Below are positions 1-14,000 of a stretch of 64,000 nucleotides of DNA, piece after piece (the first letter of the stretch is position 1; the number at the start of each line of letters is the position of its first letter). The stretch lies in assembly GCF_032062105.1 (NCBI RefSeq), contig NW_026938795.1, positions 62,001 to 126,000 of the forward strand, read 5' to 3'. The position numbers and the translations under genes were made by a program. The notes under the pieces were generated by a model. The model was not told where the DNA came from. It did not search any database and worked only from the letters and a program-made list of their open reading frames with translations. The stretch is from Saccostrea cucullata. Taxonomy: Eukaryota.

Positions 1-420
1 GTACGGTCGTATATATCTCATTTGATTCGATACTCAGGAGCATGCTCTATGTCTGAACGATTTCTAAAACGAGGTAAATTATTGACAAGCAAGTTGATGA
101 AACAAGAATATCACAAGTCTCGTTTAAAGTCATCATTTCGAAAGTTCTATGGTCGATACAATGACCTTGTCAGCAAATACAATTTATCATTAAGTCAAAT
201 GCTGACTGGCGTTTTTCATAATTGTTAGTCCATTATTTATACACTGGATATTTCCGTTCTTTCCTGATCATGACAAGGAGCACACGGCAGGGAATGCTCA
301 CTCCTCCATGGCACTTGATCCCACCTCTGATGTTTCGGAGGTTCTTGTTTGCTCTGCTCCTATTTTATATTGTTTTATGGACTTGGATCTTGAATACTGT
401 TCGTTATCTCCATATCCTTC
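1..420 (+). mobile_element. Penelope-like (Naiad-type) retroelement 3' fragment: RT C-terminus plus 3' terminal module
   Basis: Translates as YISHLIRYSGACS..FLKRGKLLTSKLMKQ..RLKSSFRKFYGRYNDLV, then a stop at 228. This is followed by the GGGAATGCTCACTCCTCCATGGCACTTGATCCCACCTCTG motif shared with the other copies, including 21305-22000, which carries RYIDD. Confidence 0.75.
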
Positions 421-3400
421 TTATACTCGGCGCTTAGAGTCATACTACAATTAGGGATCTTTATCGTGGACTTAACGAGGCCGTCTAATTATTTCTATCC
501 TAGAGATCTTGATAAATTTTCTTGAATTAATTTTTACTGTCATATTCATTGTTTTAATATTTAAAAAATCTAATGTTTACTATCCTGAGTTTTAGGGGGC
601 TATCTCAAAATTTGTCAAATCTTACTATCTTACCTATGGGAATACATTGGAAAAGCGCAAATTATCACATTTGTTCCATATTTTTTATATTTCTGTCCTA
701 GAGATTTTTTTTTTCAGCCAAGTACATGAAAAAAATTGTAAAAAAGTCAAAAAATTTAGAAATTTAAAAAAGGTTGATCATCTAGATTGGTTTGAATTAA
801 TTACAAAGTTTATTTTTTTCAATGCCCAATACCTCTAAAACTGTCATATTTCAGTATGAAATTAAATAGGTGCAAATGAATTATTTTTGTAAAAAAAATA
901 GTAATGATACGATAGCTTGGTATGTTTCTTTTGATGTTCTGTCAACTGTTTTAGCATAATATCCATGGACGTCTTGAACATACAAGCGAGTCATGTGTCA
1001 TTCTTTAGTGTAATGCATTGCTTATAAAATCAAAAACAATGACGTCGTTAGAGAGTCATTTCAGCGGGGTTTTTTCTAATTATTGCGGTAAAAGTATGTT
1101 TTCATACCAATAGGAATTCAATTGCAAATAATGTTAATCTTGTATCAAAATCACAACATATGGGAAAGGCATACTGTCACCCATATGACTGCTTGAAAAA
1201 AGCTGCGCAAGGTCATGCGCACTCAAATTAGACTCGGCCTCGAAAGTAGCTTTTACTAAATAAATGTATTATAGAACATATGCAAATAATATTCACCACG
1301 AAATATGAGGATATAAACTAATACTTCTGAAAGCATAATTAAAATAATGAAAATTATGAGCAGATTCAAAATTGAGCTCTAAAAATAACTGTTGGCCCGG
1401 GTGCCTTGGAGGATTTATCAACTCATGTGAATCGAAATTGTCGTAGAACGATCATGTCTGCTGTGTGCTCCTTGTTTATACGGGGAAAACGGGAAAACCT
1501 CAATTTGGTGTGAAAGTAATGGCTTAGTTGTTTTTATGTAACGAAGTTATCCATTTAAGTGACCTCAAAGCTATCTTTCTAACTCACTGAAGTTTCAGAC
1601 TTATTAGGAAAAATACCTAAGTTCTACTTGGTTTTTAAACTCTGGCAACACGGTCGGAGACTTCCGTGGGTAATTTCTAAAACAATGTCAATCTTCATTA
1701 CAATTACCAGAATCATAGAGTCCAAAATGTTCATCTTCCTTTCGATGAGGATTCTGTGGAACTCTAATTCTAGTAAATAATTTACGTGAAACAAGAAACA
1801 TATTATTGATTTAAGTTCTTTATTGTCCACATGAGTACTTCTTGTACTGTTACGGTTTATTAGCAGATAAGTTAATTTTCAATTTATTTACATCAACTTT
1901 TGGGAATTGTCTTGACATTGTTAAAGAATGTGAGAGAACATCTCATACTCAAGTTTTGTAAAGAGTTACATGTGGAATTTTTGCAGAAAATGTATACAAG
2001 ATATATTGTAGCTTAACCTTTCTAAGTTTCAAGATTTATTTGTTTTGTGTTTATACAACCCACGACGTAAAGATCTGCACTGTGTTGCCTTTCACAGCAT
2101 AGGATAGATTTTTACCATTTCGTATTAGGAATTTTAAAATTTCATCAATGGGGTGAATTTTATTTTGTCTTGCTTCTTGAATGTTCCACTGATTAGAGGA
2201 AATCATCTGCCCAATAATAAATCATTTATCATACATTTTAACAGAGTAATGAGTTGATATCGTGCGTGGGCTACATACTAAAGACCTGAAAGTAAATTAG
2301 CATGACTTATGTTTTTTTCTTTCGCAGCCTTTACGAAAAGCTCATATGAACATTTGAAACACATAAATGAATTTCTTCATGCCCTGCAGACAATGCATTA
2401 TTTCTTCTGCCTTTCCTTAATTTGTTTTAGGTTTAGTATAAACCAAGAGTATCGAGCAAATTGGTGCATTGAAAACATTGAAATGGTTAAGAGAAATAAT
2501 AGTGACTTTTATTATAGAGCTCCAATGGACAGCAGCTTCCAAATTTTACATAGTGAGGAAGACACAGAACTTTTCCCCTTTACTCGTAAAAATTGCTTTT
2601 GTCAAGTATTCTGTAAACAAATGACAGATTTTCATCAACGTTAGAATTAAATGAACAAGATTCTTGAATTCTCATCTTAAAATGTGAACAAATAGAGTTG
2701 TCGGTAATGAAGTCATGAAAGGGCCATTAAACTAATAGGATGCGTTGGTTTTCCAGGAAAATCCTGTTAAGATAGTANNNNNNNNNNNNNNNNNNNNNNN
2801 NNNNNNNNNNNNNNNNNNNNNNNNNNNNNNNNNNNNNNNNNNNNNNNNNNNNNNNNNNNNNNNNNNNNNNNNNNNNNNNNNNNNNNNNNNNNNNNNNNNN
2901 NNNNNNNNNNNNNNNNNNNNNNNNNNNNNNNNNNNNNNNNNNNNNNNNNNNNNNNNNNNNTCTTTATTTTCTTACATTCTTCCTTAAAGTTTCTTGCTTT
3001 TCATGTTATTATAAAACAGAGACCTGGAATTATTTGAAACTTGTAGTTGCTTATTGATTCCCCTGATTGTTTAAAGTTATTGCGTCTTCTGTTTAAAATT
3101 TAGCACTTCCATATGTTACAGACGTACTTGTACATGTATACAATGATGCCATTCTTATTCTTAAAGGAAACCAATTACATAATTTATGAGAACTTTTAAA
3201 TTTGTAAGTTAATATATTTTTGAAGCAAAAGCAATATTCCAATTTAATTTTTTTTAATGTGTATAGATTCATATAACATGCTTACACGCGCCACTCCAGT
3301 ATGAAAAGTGAAGACATCCACTAACCAGTGCAATACTTAACAATCACGTAGCAGTGTTTTTAAAAGCGTAGTCAGAAAAATAGCTTAAAAGAAAAACAAA

Positions 3401-3744
3401 CTCGGAAAAATTGGGAGGGTAGGGCTATAAGAAACTTTTACAGCCTACAAGAACAAGCTCATTCGTTTTTTTTAAGGTGTAATGTGATTAAATTGTAAAG
3501 ATTAACACAAATCTAAAATTCATTTTCACAAAATTCAAATTATGTATTTACATTTTTTTCTTCATGGATTTTTTTAAATTATAACTTATTTTAACTTAAA
3601 ATTAAAAACTGCCAATTGTATAAAAAAAATCTCGCTGAAAAATTTACATACAGTGTAGTTGTTTTCATTTAATTCTACATGTCTTCTTCGTTGTAGGTGT
3701 TATTGCAATTTTGGTAAAATATAAACGACTTTAGATTCCTACTC

Positions 3745-4045
3745 ATGTACAATGTCTGAGAAGTGGTAAGTTATTGGCAAAAAGTTAACGAAACAAGAAT
3801 ATCAAGAGACAAGTTTATAGTCTTCATTTTGTTAGTTCTGTCGTACTATGTACAGCCTAGTGGTTATAAACTCTATAACAAGGTGCACACGGTGGGTGTG
3901 ACCGGTCGGCAAGGGAAGCTCACTCCTACATGGCACTTGATCCTACCTCTGATGTGTTAGAGGTCCCTGTTTGCCCTGCTTTGATTTCTATTGTTTGAAT
4001 GAAATTTGAAGGTTGAATACTGTTTCTCCATATATTTCATTCCTC
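3745..4045 (+). mobile_element. Degraded Penelope-like 3' fragment (duplicated at ~13766-14066)
   Basis: Decayed RT tail followed by GGGTGTGACCGGTCGGCAAGGGAAGCTCACTCCTACATGGCACTTGATCC. Confidence 0.6.
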
Positions 4046-4759
4046 TATGTTTATACATGTGTATGGCATTCTTTTTTTATATCGAAATCATTTTTGGATG
4101 TCTTTCATTCATTCAGGTATTTAATTAGAATAAAAAAAAATCGGTAGAAATCGGTAGAATGCAATTGCTTGTTCAAGCTCGCTCGTAGAGGGGAAAAATG
4201 TCATACATTTCATTAAAAATAAGCAGCATATTATACCAAGGAACACAAAATGAAATTGGTTTTTCTCATCCTTGATTATTAAAAGGATATTTCGGAAACC
4301 TAAATGGATTGTCAATTGCATTTAGAGGTATTCTTCCAGCAGCTGATGGTTCTCCTCGGCAGTAGAATTAAATGAACAAGCTTCTTGTTTTCAGCCAGTT
4401 TCGTGAACATAAGTCACTCTAATGGCCTTCAGAAAATCCAACAAAACTGTTAACTTAATTAAGGCATTAATAGACTTTGCATAAACTTCCTAACAAAATG
4501 TCTTGTCGTACTCCTTTAGTCCCTTCTACCTACTTAGAATTTAATCAATTTAAATTTGTATATAAGACAATCGAATTGTCAAATACATTTGATTGATAAT
4601 TGAATTGGCATTTATAAATTTAAACTGATGTAATATAAATTTGAAGAAGGCAATATGAATTTTTCTTCATAACCAAAGAAATGGACATTTTCATACTTCG
4701 CATTTTCTTTGATATGAAATGTAGAGATAATCAACGTCAAAATCTATTTAAATATTGCA

Positions 4760-5570
4760 AACCGGAAGCAGCGCAAACACGGACAACCAACAATTTCAGA
4801 GGAAAGATCGGGTGTCATGGAGAGGTAAGCATCCCCTACTGACAGGTCACACCCGCCAGATGTTTCTTGTGGTCCTGACTGGGTGTTTGGGAAAATGTTT
4901 AGGTTGCAATTAATGGTCTAACAATAAGTAGGAAAACGTCGTTCAGTATTTGACCTAATGTTAAATTGTACTTGCATATAAGATCATTGTATCAAGAATA
5001 TAACTTGCCACACTTTTAAATGAGACTGCTGATATTCATGTTTCATCAACCTGTTGTTCAAAAGCTTGTATAATTTTAAATATTGATCGTACGTAGGCAT
5101 GATTGTAATAAATTGGCGTATTGAATCCATTTGGAGGCATAAGTTCCATACGCAGGTGATAAAGATACTATGATATTCCTTACATATGTTACATATGTAA
5201 AGGAAGTTTGCGATAGAAAAGTAAAGTCATCACGTTTATCATTAAGTTTTGTAATAGAGTAAAATTAACGTCTCCTTATATTCATATTAGAAACAGATGT
5301 TAAGACGCTTTGGTGTCATTTATTTTATGTTCGTTATTATAATACATTGATGAAACATATTATGAATAAAAGCAATTATTGTCAATTAAATATGAGTTAT
5401 CGATATATGAATGTCGAGTTGAAGGACAGAGCAGGTGTTCTCTTCTCATGTAGCAGTTTGTTAATAAATTCTGCTTCACATGAATACAAGAATTGGTCTG
5501 CTAATGACAGGGTGCATTTAGTACCCATGAGGTTGTCGGAAGACCTGCTCTCTAAATATCTAGCATCTTT
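4760..5570 (-). mobile_element. Degraded Penelope-like RT fragment (duplicated at ~14781-15590)
   Basis: Minus strand reads MGTKCTLSLADQFLYSCEAEFINKLLHEK..FNSTF, similar to PLE RT GIPMGTNCAPLLADLFLYSYEAEF..FNSTFRYIDD. Then DKRDDF and SPAYG remnants and the 3' module at 4790-4858. Confidence 0.7.
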
Positions 5571-5924
5571 AAAAAGATTTAATACTGAGACCTTCATATT
5601 TTTGTTCAAAAATAAAATTCTTCAAAACAGGGCATATGTATAATAACGGCACCGATTGCAGTGCTTAAAAGATGCAAAAGAAATTGATGTTTGAAATGAA
5701 CAAATCATCTTCTCTGAACGTGTACTACGGTGACGACTTAATATTAATCTATACGATGAAAATTGAGTTTGAGCGATTTTGATTAAACTTTTTCCGGTGC
5801 CATGTCTCCAATTGAAGCCAAATATGAGAACCAGACTACAAAGATGAAGTAGCTAAGATCCATCTTAATAGTTAAAGTTGCGGGAAAAGAATTATGATAA
5901 AACTAGTACAAATGATCAGGTGTT

Positions 5925-8900
5925 TTTGCAGATATATTTGATTTTTTAAATTAACTTAAGTCTACTTCAAATAGCAAAAGAAAAAAGATTTAGTATTAAT
6001 CAATTTACGAAGACCTCACTCTATGCCTTGCAAACACAATATGCTCCTCAAAATAATGAAGTATATCACAACCTGAAGAATTGGGGTGGTTCTCTCATGT
6101 GACCTTTAGGTTGAACAATAAGATGAAATGCATGTTGCAGATATCAATGACTTTATTATCCATAAGAATCAGGGGAAAAAAGCATAATTATAGAGAAAAT
6201 AAAGCATCCGTGCAGTGGTAGTGATATTACAGAGATAATTGTCCAGTAATTCTTTTTATTTATCAGTGCCTAAGCCAGACAAAAGACCATGCAACTCGTC
6301 ACCTACATGTTTGATGGCCCTTGTTTCGGAGAACATTGTCTGACAGCCCTTCCAAAAGCACGCATATTTGTTAAATATTGCAGCATTTTCTTTGTTGTTG
6401 GCCTCAAAAATATAAGAACAAAAATTTGTATAAGAAAGATCTCTTTGACGAAAATGGTAATTTTAAGACATAACAAGAAATTTCTTATACTCTGATAAAT
6501 AAATCGAACTGGTTGTTTGAATACAAGATTTTAAAAAAAGTACTAATGAAACAGAGTTAATATTTGTTTGATATGAAGTTTTGTGTTTTTACCAAGACAA
6601 CTTCGGTAAATACTTTAAATTTTAACAGTGGTTTTCATTGTATTACTGACAGATAAAAAAGAGGTAGGTTTACTAACTCCATAAAATGGCCCTGTCATTA
6701 TACCAATTAACTGACCAAGCCCAATACGTCCCATTTCGAACATCAACATAATGTGGAGACTTAGTGTTTTCATTTCCTTTAAAAAAATGTCCCCTGAGAG
6801 TCCAAGTTTTGATACTCAGGCTATGTGAAACTGCAATGTTCTTGAATTTTGAAGAAAATGGGTGAATTTAAACATCTTCAACTATTGATTAAAATATGAA
6901 CCCACCCAGCGATCCAAAAATTGTTTCATTGATTAGAATCTTTTAAAACAATTCTTTCATTATATAGTTAAACATTTTTGATCAGAGGTTGGAGGTTATG
7001 CAAAATATTCAGAAACGGCTTAAAATTTTAGCCATTTTTAAAGAAATTTTGAAGATTTGAGGAAAATTACGCAATTCATGACGTCATAATACATGGACAA
7101 GAGAAAAAATTACGTCATTTTTATTTGATATGAAGTCACCAAGGGTCCAAGCGAAATTTAACATATTTTAGCTAAAATGAGCAGCTCTTTCAGTAATTCA
7201 CAGGGCCAAAAGAGACCCAAGGTGAACCTTTCTCTTTGTTTTTTTTATGATAATATGTTGTCCAAAAAGTTTAAATATCCATGTTTTTCAATCAATGTTA
7301 AGCCGAAACTTTTGTGCGATTAAAGAATACTGTTGTAATATTTATAGAAATAAAATCAAACTCATGTATGATAAACGTCTTAGTGAATATAATTATAAAT
7401 TGCTGAATAACATTCTATGTTGCAATTCTTTTTTACAAAAATGTAAATAAAGAGAAAATGCAAAATGTAAGTTTTGTGGAAATGAAATTGAAAATGAAAT
7501 TTGCAGATATATTTGATTTTTTGAATTAACTTAAGTCTACTTCAAATAGCAAAAGAAAAAAAGATTTAGTATTAATCAATTTACGAAGACCTCACTCTAT
7601 GCCTTGCAAACACAATATGCTCCTCAAAATAATGAAGTATATCACAACCTGAAGAATTGGGGTGGTTCTCTCATGTGACCTTTAAATTGAACAATAAGAT
7701 GAAATGTATGTTGCAGATATTAATGACTTTATTATCCATAAGAATCAGAAAAAAGCATAATTATAGAGAATATAAAGCACCCGTGCAGTGGTAGTGATAT
7801 TACAGAGATAATTGTCCAGTAATTCTTTTTATTTATCAGTGCCTAAGCCGGACAAAAGACCATGCAACTCGTCACCTACATGTTTGATGGCCCTTGTTTC
7901 TGAGAACATTGTCTGACAGCCCTTCCAAAAGCACGCATATTTGTTAAATATTGCATTTTCTTTGTTGTTGGCTTCAAAAATATAAGAACAAAAATTTGTA
8001 TAAGAAAGATCTCTTTGACGAAAATGGAAACTTTAAGACATAAAAGAGAAATTTCATACACTCTGATAAATAAATCGAACTGGTTGTTTGAATACAAGAT
8101 TTTTTAAAAAAGTACTAACGAAACAGAGTTAATATTTGTTTGATATGAAGTTTTGTGTTTTTACCAAGACAACTTCTGTCAGTACTTTAAATTTTAACAG
8201 TGGTTTTCATTGTATTACAGATAAAAAAGAGGTAGGTTCAGTAACTCCATAAAATGGCCCTGTCATTATACCAATTAACTGACCAAGCCCAATACGTCCC
8301 ATTTCGAACATCAACATAATGTGGAGACTTAGTGCTTTCATTTCCTTAAAAAAAATTTCCTCTGAGAGTCCAAGTTTTGATACTCAGGCTATGTGAAACT
8401 GCAATGTTCTTGACTTTTGAAGAAAATTGGTGAATTTCAACTATTGATTAAAATATGAACCCACCCCGCGATCCAAAAATTGTTTCATGGATTAGAATCT
8501 TTTAAAACAGTTCTTTCATTATATAGTTAAACATTTTTGATCAGAGGTTGGAGGTTATGCAAAATATTCAGAAACGACTTTGGCCATTTTTAAAGAATTT
8601 TTCAGATTTGAGGAAAATTACGCAATTCATGGCGTCATAATACATGGACAAGAGAAAAAATTACGTCATTTTTATTTGATATGAAGTCACCAAGGGTCCA
8701 AGCGAAATTTAACATATTTTAACTAAAATGAGCAGCTCTGATTTTTCAGTAATTCACAGGGCCAAAAGAGACCCAAGGTGAACCTTTCTCTTTGTTTTTT
8801 TTTTATGAGAATATATTGTCCAAAAAGTTTAAATATCCATGTTATCAATCAATGTTAAGCCGAAACTTTTGTGTGATTAAAGAATACTGTTGTAATATTT

Positions 8901-9047
8901 ATTGAAATAAAATCAAACTCATGCATGATAAACGTCTTAGTGAATATAATTATAAATTGCTGAATAATATTCTATGTTGCAATTCTTTTTTACAAAAATC
9001 TAAATAAAGAGAAAATGCAAAATGTGAGTTTTGTGGAAATGAAAATG
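5925..9047. repeat. Internal tandem duplication, 2 x ~1.57 kb (also at ~15946-19064)
   Basis: TTGCAGATATATTTGATTTTTT starts at ~5926 and again at ~7501, with collinear matches throughout. Confidence 0.9.
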
Positions 9048-9540
9048 AAGATATCAAGCATCTTATTTTTGATTGTGATAAAAGGTGTATGGCAAAAGCT
9101 GAATATTGTTATGAACTATGAGGTGCAATGGAAACATATTGTTATAGGATTCTACTTGGAAACAAATTCAAGAATTCTTTTTTATAATACTATAATATCA
9201 TATTTGGCACATAAAATATAGAAATTTAAAATGAAAAGCAGAATAGAAAATATCATACAAGAGAAGTCCATGTTAGAAAAATTCATTAGAGTTTCATCAG
9301 AAAAAGATATAGATTTCATGTTAAAATTTTCAAAAAAATGTTTAAAGTCCCAGTTAAACTTCTAACAAATTTGTTATAATAAGCTTATGGGGTTTTTTTT
9401 TGTTTTTTTGTTTTTTTTTTGTTTTTGTTTTTATGCTTCTGGTTATCCTAAATACTCGGTTTAACTGGCAATTGTAAATGGGTTTTGATGAGAATTGTGC
9501 AATAAAAGATAAAAAAAAAAAAAGAAAAAAGAAAAAAAAA
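8845..9540 (+). mobile_element. L1/Tx1-like LINE 3' end with zinc-binding region and A-rich tail (truncated copy ~7290-7495; duplicates at ~17310 and ~18862)
   Basis: Decayed frame EYNYKLLNNILCCNSFLQK..NAKC.FCGNE.EDIKHLIFDC..VWQKL (CxxC..H..C pattern), followed by AATAAA and poly-A at ~9501-9540. Confidence 0.65.
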
Positions 9541-10914
9541 GGATGGGAAAACTTGTTATGAAAGTAAGATTTTTTATCTTGCTTTTAATTGCCTCGGTGA
9601 TACTTTAGGCGAAACCATATTTCTTGTACTTAATAAATCAAAACAACTTTCCTTTTTTTCCTATATACGTAATATGGATAACAGTTATCATGGTTATAAT
9701 GAAACCATTTGTTGAAGAAAGGAAGCCCGTAACACCTTTGTCTAATTTGATATTAGATTATGTATTTTGAAATTGAATCTTTTTAAATGCCACAGTAGTT
9801 GCAATAAGTTTAAGATTTATCAAAACTAATCCCACAGTTTACTATTGAAATAAGAAATGGGTTATGCTCTTCATATCGCCTTAATATTCAAGTGATAATT
9901 TTTAAAATTAAGAAACTTCCTTGTCTTTGAGCATGGTTTTAATTAACCAGAGCCATTTATTTATTTGACACATTGCTATCTGTTTTCATTCGTCCTCGTG
10001 TCTCATCCTCTGTCGTTAACATATGAATACTTTTGGCTTCTCTAAAACAAATGAACAATTTAAACAAATTTTCGCATAGAGCATACATGAGTAAAAGGAA
10101 ATGAAAATTATTAGATTCATGGGGGTCTTTTCCTGGGGGGTGGGGGTGGCGAGGAGTTTGGCTGAGACTATCAAAATTAAGGCATCTTCTTTCCTCCAGA
10201 TCAACAAACAGCCAAACTGCGGGCTTTACTGTACTTACCTTTCTACCAAGTTTGTGAAAATTATTGCTTCAGAAATTGTGGTGACAAATTAAGTTGGGCT
10301 CTTTTGATTTTATAGTTAAAGACTTCTATTCTTTGATTTTTTTCTGCTCCTGGGAATTGAAAAGATAAACTAAGTGCATGGTTGTTATGTTGAACCGTAT
10401 GGCTCTTCCAAGAGTTCTGGTGTTAGGGTGGGAACTCATTGATTATACAGGGAATTATAATTCTTGAATTTTCTCCTTGTTCGTGGATATTCTCAGTTCA
10501 GAGCATTGTAAAGATGAGAAGCGATCCCCGTCCTGAATTGTGAAATACCTGGCCCTGCCTTTGATGTGAGGTTCTGCTGTTAAGGCAAGCTGAATATTTT
10601 TAAAAGATAAGTCTTTGAAAAAAAACATCTATTCTCCACTTCTGGGCATATAAGTGAACAACATCTTACAAAAAAATTAATAAAAAAAAGGAGTCAGAGT
10701 GTTTTTATCATAGAACTTTTAGAAACATTAAAATCACAAAATTTTCAAAAGTCTATAACATCCAAATCGATCAGATTTTTCTACACTTTAAACAACAATT
10801 CCTCACGATAAATTTTAATCTAGACTTTTTAATATCAAAGCAAAATTGCTTTGTTAAAAAAATGAATACGATACACATCTTCCGATTAGCCATCAGCAAT
10901 TATAGTTCTTCGTT

Positions 10915-11045
10915 AAATAGAACCTTGTTCCATCCATTTGTTTTTCAACAGCTTGCCTTGTTCAAAAAATTGTTCAAACGTTGAGCATGATCTTCCGTAT
11001 CGAATCAACTGGGAGAAATAAATTCCATATGTAGGTGACATGTAA
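10915..11045 (-). mobile_element. Short Penelope-like RT fragment (duplicated at ~20940-21066)
   Basis: Translates as SPTYGIYFSQLIRYGRSCSTFEQFFEQGKLLKNKWMEQG. Confidence 0.65.
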
Positions 11046-11085
11046 AAGTATTTTTCAATAGTTGTACTTTGAAATGAAAAAAAAA

Positions 11086-14000
11086 AAAAGCTCATATGAA
11101 CATTTGAAACATATAAATGAATTTCTTCATGCCCTGCAGACAATGCATTATTTCTTCTGCCTTTCCTTAATTTGTTTTAGGTTTAGTATAAACCAAGAGT
11201 ATCGAGCAAATTGGTGCATTGAAAACATTGAAATGGTTAAGAGAAATAATAGTGACTTTTATTATAGAGCTCCAATGGACAGCAGCTTCCAAATTTTACA
11301 TAGTGAGGAAGACACAGAACTTTTCCCCTTTACTCGTAAAAATTGCTTTTGTCAAGTATTCTGTAAACAAATGACAGATTTTCATCAACGTTAGAATTAA
11401 ATGAACAAGATTCTTGAATTCTCATCTTAAAATGTGAACAAATAGAGTTGTCGGTAATGAAGTCATGAAAGGGCCATTAAACTAATAGGATGCGTTGGTT
11501 TTCCAGGAAAATCCTGTTAAGATACAGTCAAACCTGTATTCAGAGACCTTCCAACGGAGAAAGGAAAAAAGGTCACATATGACAGGTGGTCTCTTAATAC
11601 AGGTTGCTTATTTTCCGCAGTGCTCAAATATACGATGCTGAAAATATCACATGTGTATGTTGAATTTATTTTATAACACCTTAAGTTTATTTCCACTTTT
11701 TAATAGGTACTGCTCATCTCTAAAATACTTTTACAATTGTCCTAATAAGAAATAAAAAAAATCTTGATCCGCACGTGAGTTATTTGAACATTGGGAAATA
11801 TTGTGAATATCTGAAATTATTAATATTTTTTGATACAGCATAAAAAAGCTGCAAAGGTTTTTTCCCTAATAAGTTTTTTTAGTTATGCACTTGGTATCAA
11901 ATTAAATTATTTTTATGACTGAAATATTTATTTAACCTAATTAATTTTTTTTCATTACTGAACTACCGTGTCTAATTGCCTGTTTAAATCACTTCAATTA
12001 TCACATGGTGTGGGTGCTAGCTAGCATGTGTTTACATACATGTGTACCCATTGGTGACACAATGCACTTAAATAAACATCTATGATTTAGTTACTTGTTA
12101 ATTAAAGTTAAACAGGCAGGTTTTACAGCTAAATAGCCAATTGGCCCTTATGGCATGAAATGAAATCGGGATCGACCTCAAAGGTTTAATTTCAAAATGG
12201 CGCCCGATCACTGGAGAGAAAAAACGTGATGTTTGTGTTTTAGATTTTAATGTTTATTCAATAAATATCAAAGCGTAAGTAAAAATATTCATGTATTAAT
12301 GTTGTTTTATTCGTAAAACTCGCATTATATAATTATTAAATGAAATAAAAGCGTATCTGTAGTTGTTTTGAACCAAAAACGAAGCATACTCGATCGAAAT
12401 TGAAAGTAGGAATCGGAAATTTTGTAGTCGTTATATTCAGGTAAAATTGCTTGAAATTACTAAAAATGGTCAGGAAAATCACGGTCGTTGGTCGCGTTAG
12501 ACAGGTGGTCGTTTAATACAGGTAGAATACATAGGGAAAAGCGTTGGGGGGAATTTTTACGGTCACATGTGACAGTGAGTCGCTTAATACAGTGGGTCGC
12601 TATGGCAGTTTTGACTNNNNNNNNNNNNNNNNNNNNNNNNNNNNNNNNNNNNNNNNNNNNNNNNNNNNNNNNNNNNNNNNNNNNNNNNNNNNNNNNNNNN
12701 NNNNNNNNNNNNNNNNNNNNNNNNNNNNNNNNNNNNNNNNNNNNNNNNNNNNNNNNNNNNNNNNNNNNNNNNNNNNNNNNNNNNNNNNNNNNNNNNNNNN
12801 NNNNNNNNNNNNNNNNNNNNNNNNNNNNNNNNNNNNNNNNNNNNNNNNNNNNNNNNNNNNNNNNNNNNNNNNNNNNNNNNNNNNNNNNNNNNNNNNNNNN
12901 NNNNNNNNNNNNNNNNNNNNNNNNNNNNNNNNNNNNNNNNNNNNNNNNNNNNNNNNNNNNNNNNNNNNNNNNNNNNNNNNNNNNNNNNNNNNNNNNNNNN
13001 NNNNNNNNNNNNNNNNNNNNNNNNNNNNNNNNNNNNNNNNNNNNNNNNNNNNNNNNNNNNNNNNNNNNNNNNNNNNNNNNNNNNNNNNNNNNNNNNNNNN
13101 NNNNNNNNNNNNNNNNNNNNNNNNNNNNNNNNNNNTTAAAGTTTCTTGCTTTTCATGTTATTATAAAACAGAGACCTGGAATTATTTGCTTATTGATTCC
13201 CCTGATTGTTTAAAGTTATTGCGTCTTCCGTTTAAAATTTAGCACTTCCATATGTTACAGACGTACTTGTACATGTATACAATGATGCCATTCTTATTCT
13301 TAAAGGAAACCCCACTCCAGTATGAAAAGTGAAGACATCCACTAACCAGTGCAATACTTAACAATCACGTAGCAGTGTTTTTAAAAGCGTAGTCAGAAAA
13401 ATAGCTTAAAAGAAAAACAAACTTGGAAAAATTGGGAGGGTAGGGCTATAAGAAACTTTTACAGCCTACAAGAACAAGCTCATTCGTTTTTTAAAGGTGT
13501 AATGTGATTAAATTGTAAAGATTAACTCAAATCTAAAATTCATTTTCACAAAATTCAAATTCTGTATTTACATTTTTTTTCTTCAAGGATTTTTTAAAAT
13601 TATAACTTATTTTAACTTAAAATTAAAAACTGCCAATTGTATAAAAAAAATCTCGCTGAAAAATTTACATACAGTGTAGTTGTTTTCATTTAATTCTACA
13701 TGTCTTCTTCGTTGTAGGTGTTATTGCAATTTTGGTAAAATATAAACGACTTTAGATTCCTACTCATGTACAATGTCTGAGAAGTGGTAAGTTATTGGCA
13801 ATAAGTTAACGAAACAAGAATATCAAGAGACAAGTTTATAGTCTTCATTTTGTTAGTTCTGTCGTTCTATGTACAGCCTAGTGGTTATAAACTCTATAAC
13901 AAGGTGCACACGGTGGGTGTGACCGGTCGGCAAGGGAAGCTCACTCCTACATGGCACTTGATCCTACCTCTGATGTGTTAGAGGTCCCTGTTTGCCCTGC

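Larger units (their letters stand above)
2336..11089. repeat. Copy 1 of ~8.75-kb tandem segmental duplication
   Basis: 2341 onward matches 11091 onward, and 2984-11089 matches 13136-21113 almost base for base. ORF pairs repeat, e.g. 5347/15368, 7247/17264 and 10101/20126. Confidence 0.95.

Noticed and set aside
2309-2644. 111-aa ORF repeated at 11062-11394
   Set aside because: Its conservation only reflects the recent duplication; no recognisable domain.
12488-13242. Long ORFs of 241 and 232 aa (also 2745-2987)
   Set aside because: They are open only because they cross N gaps.
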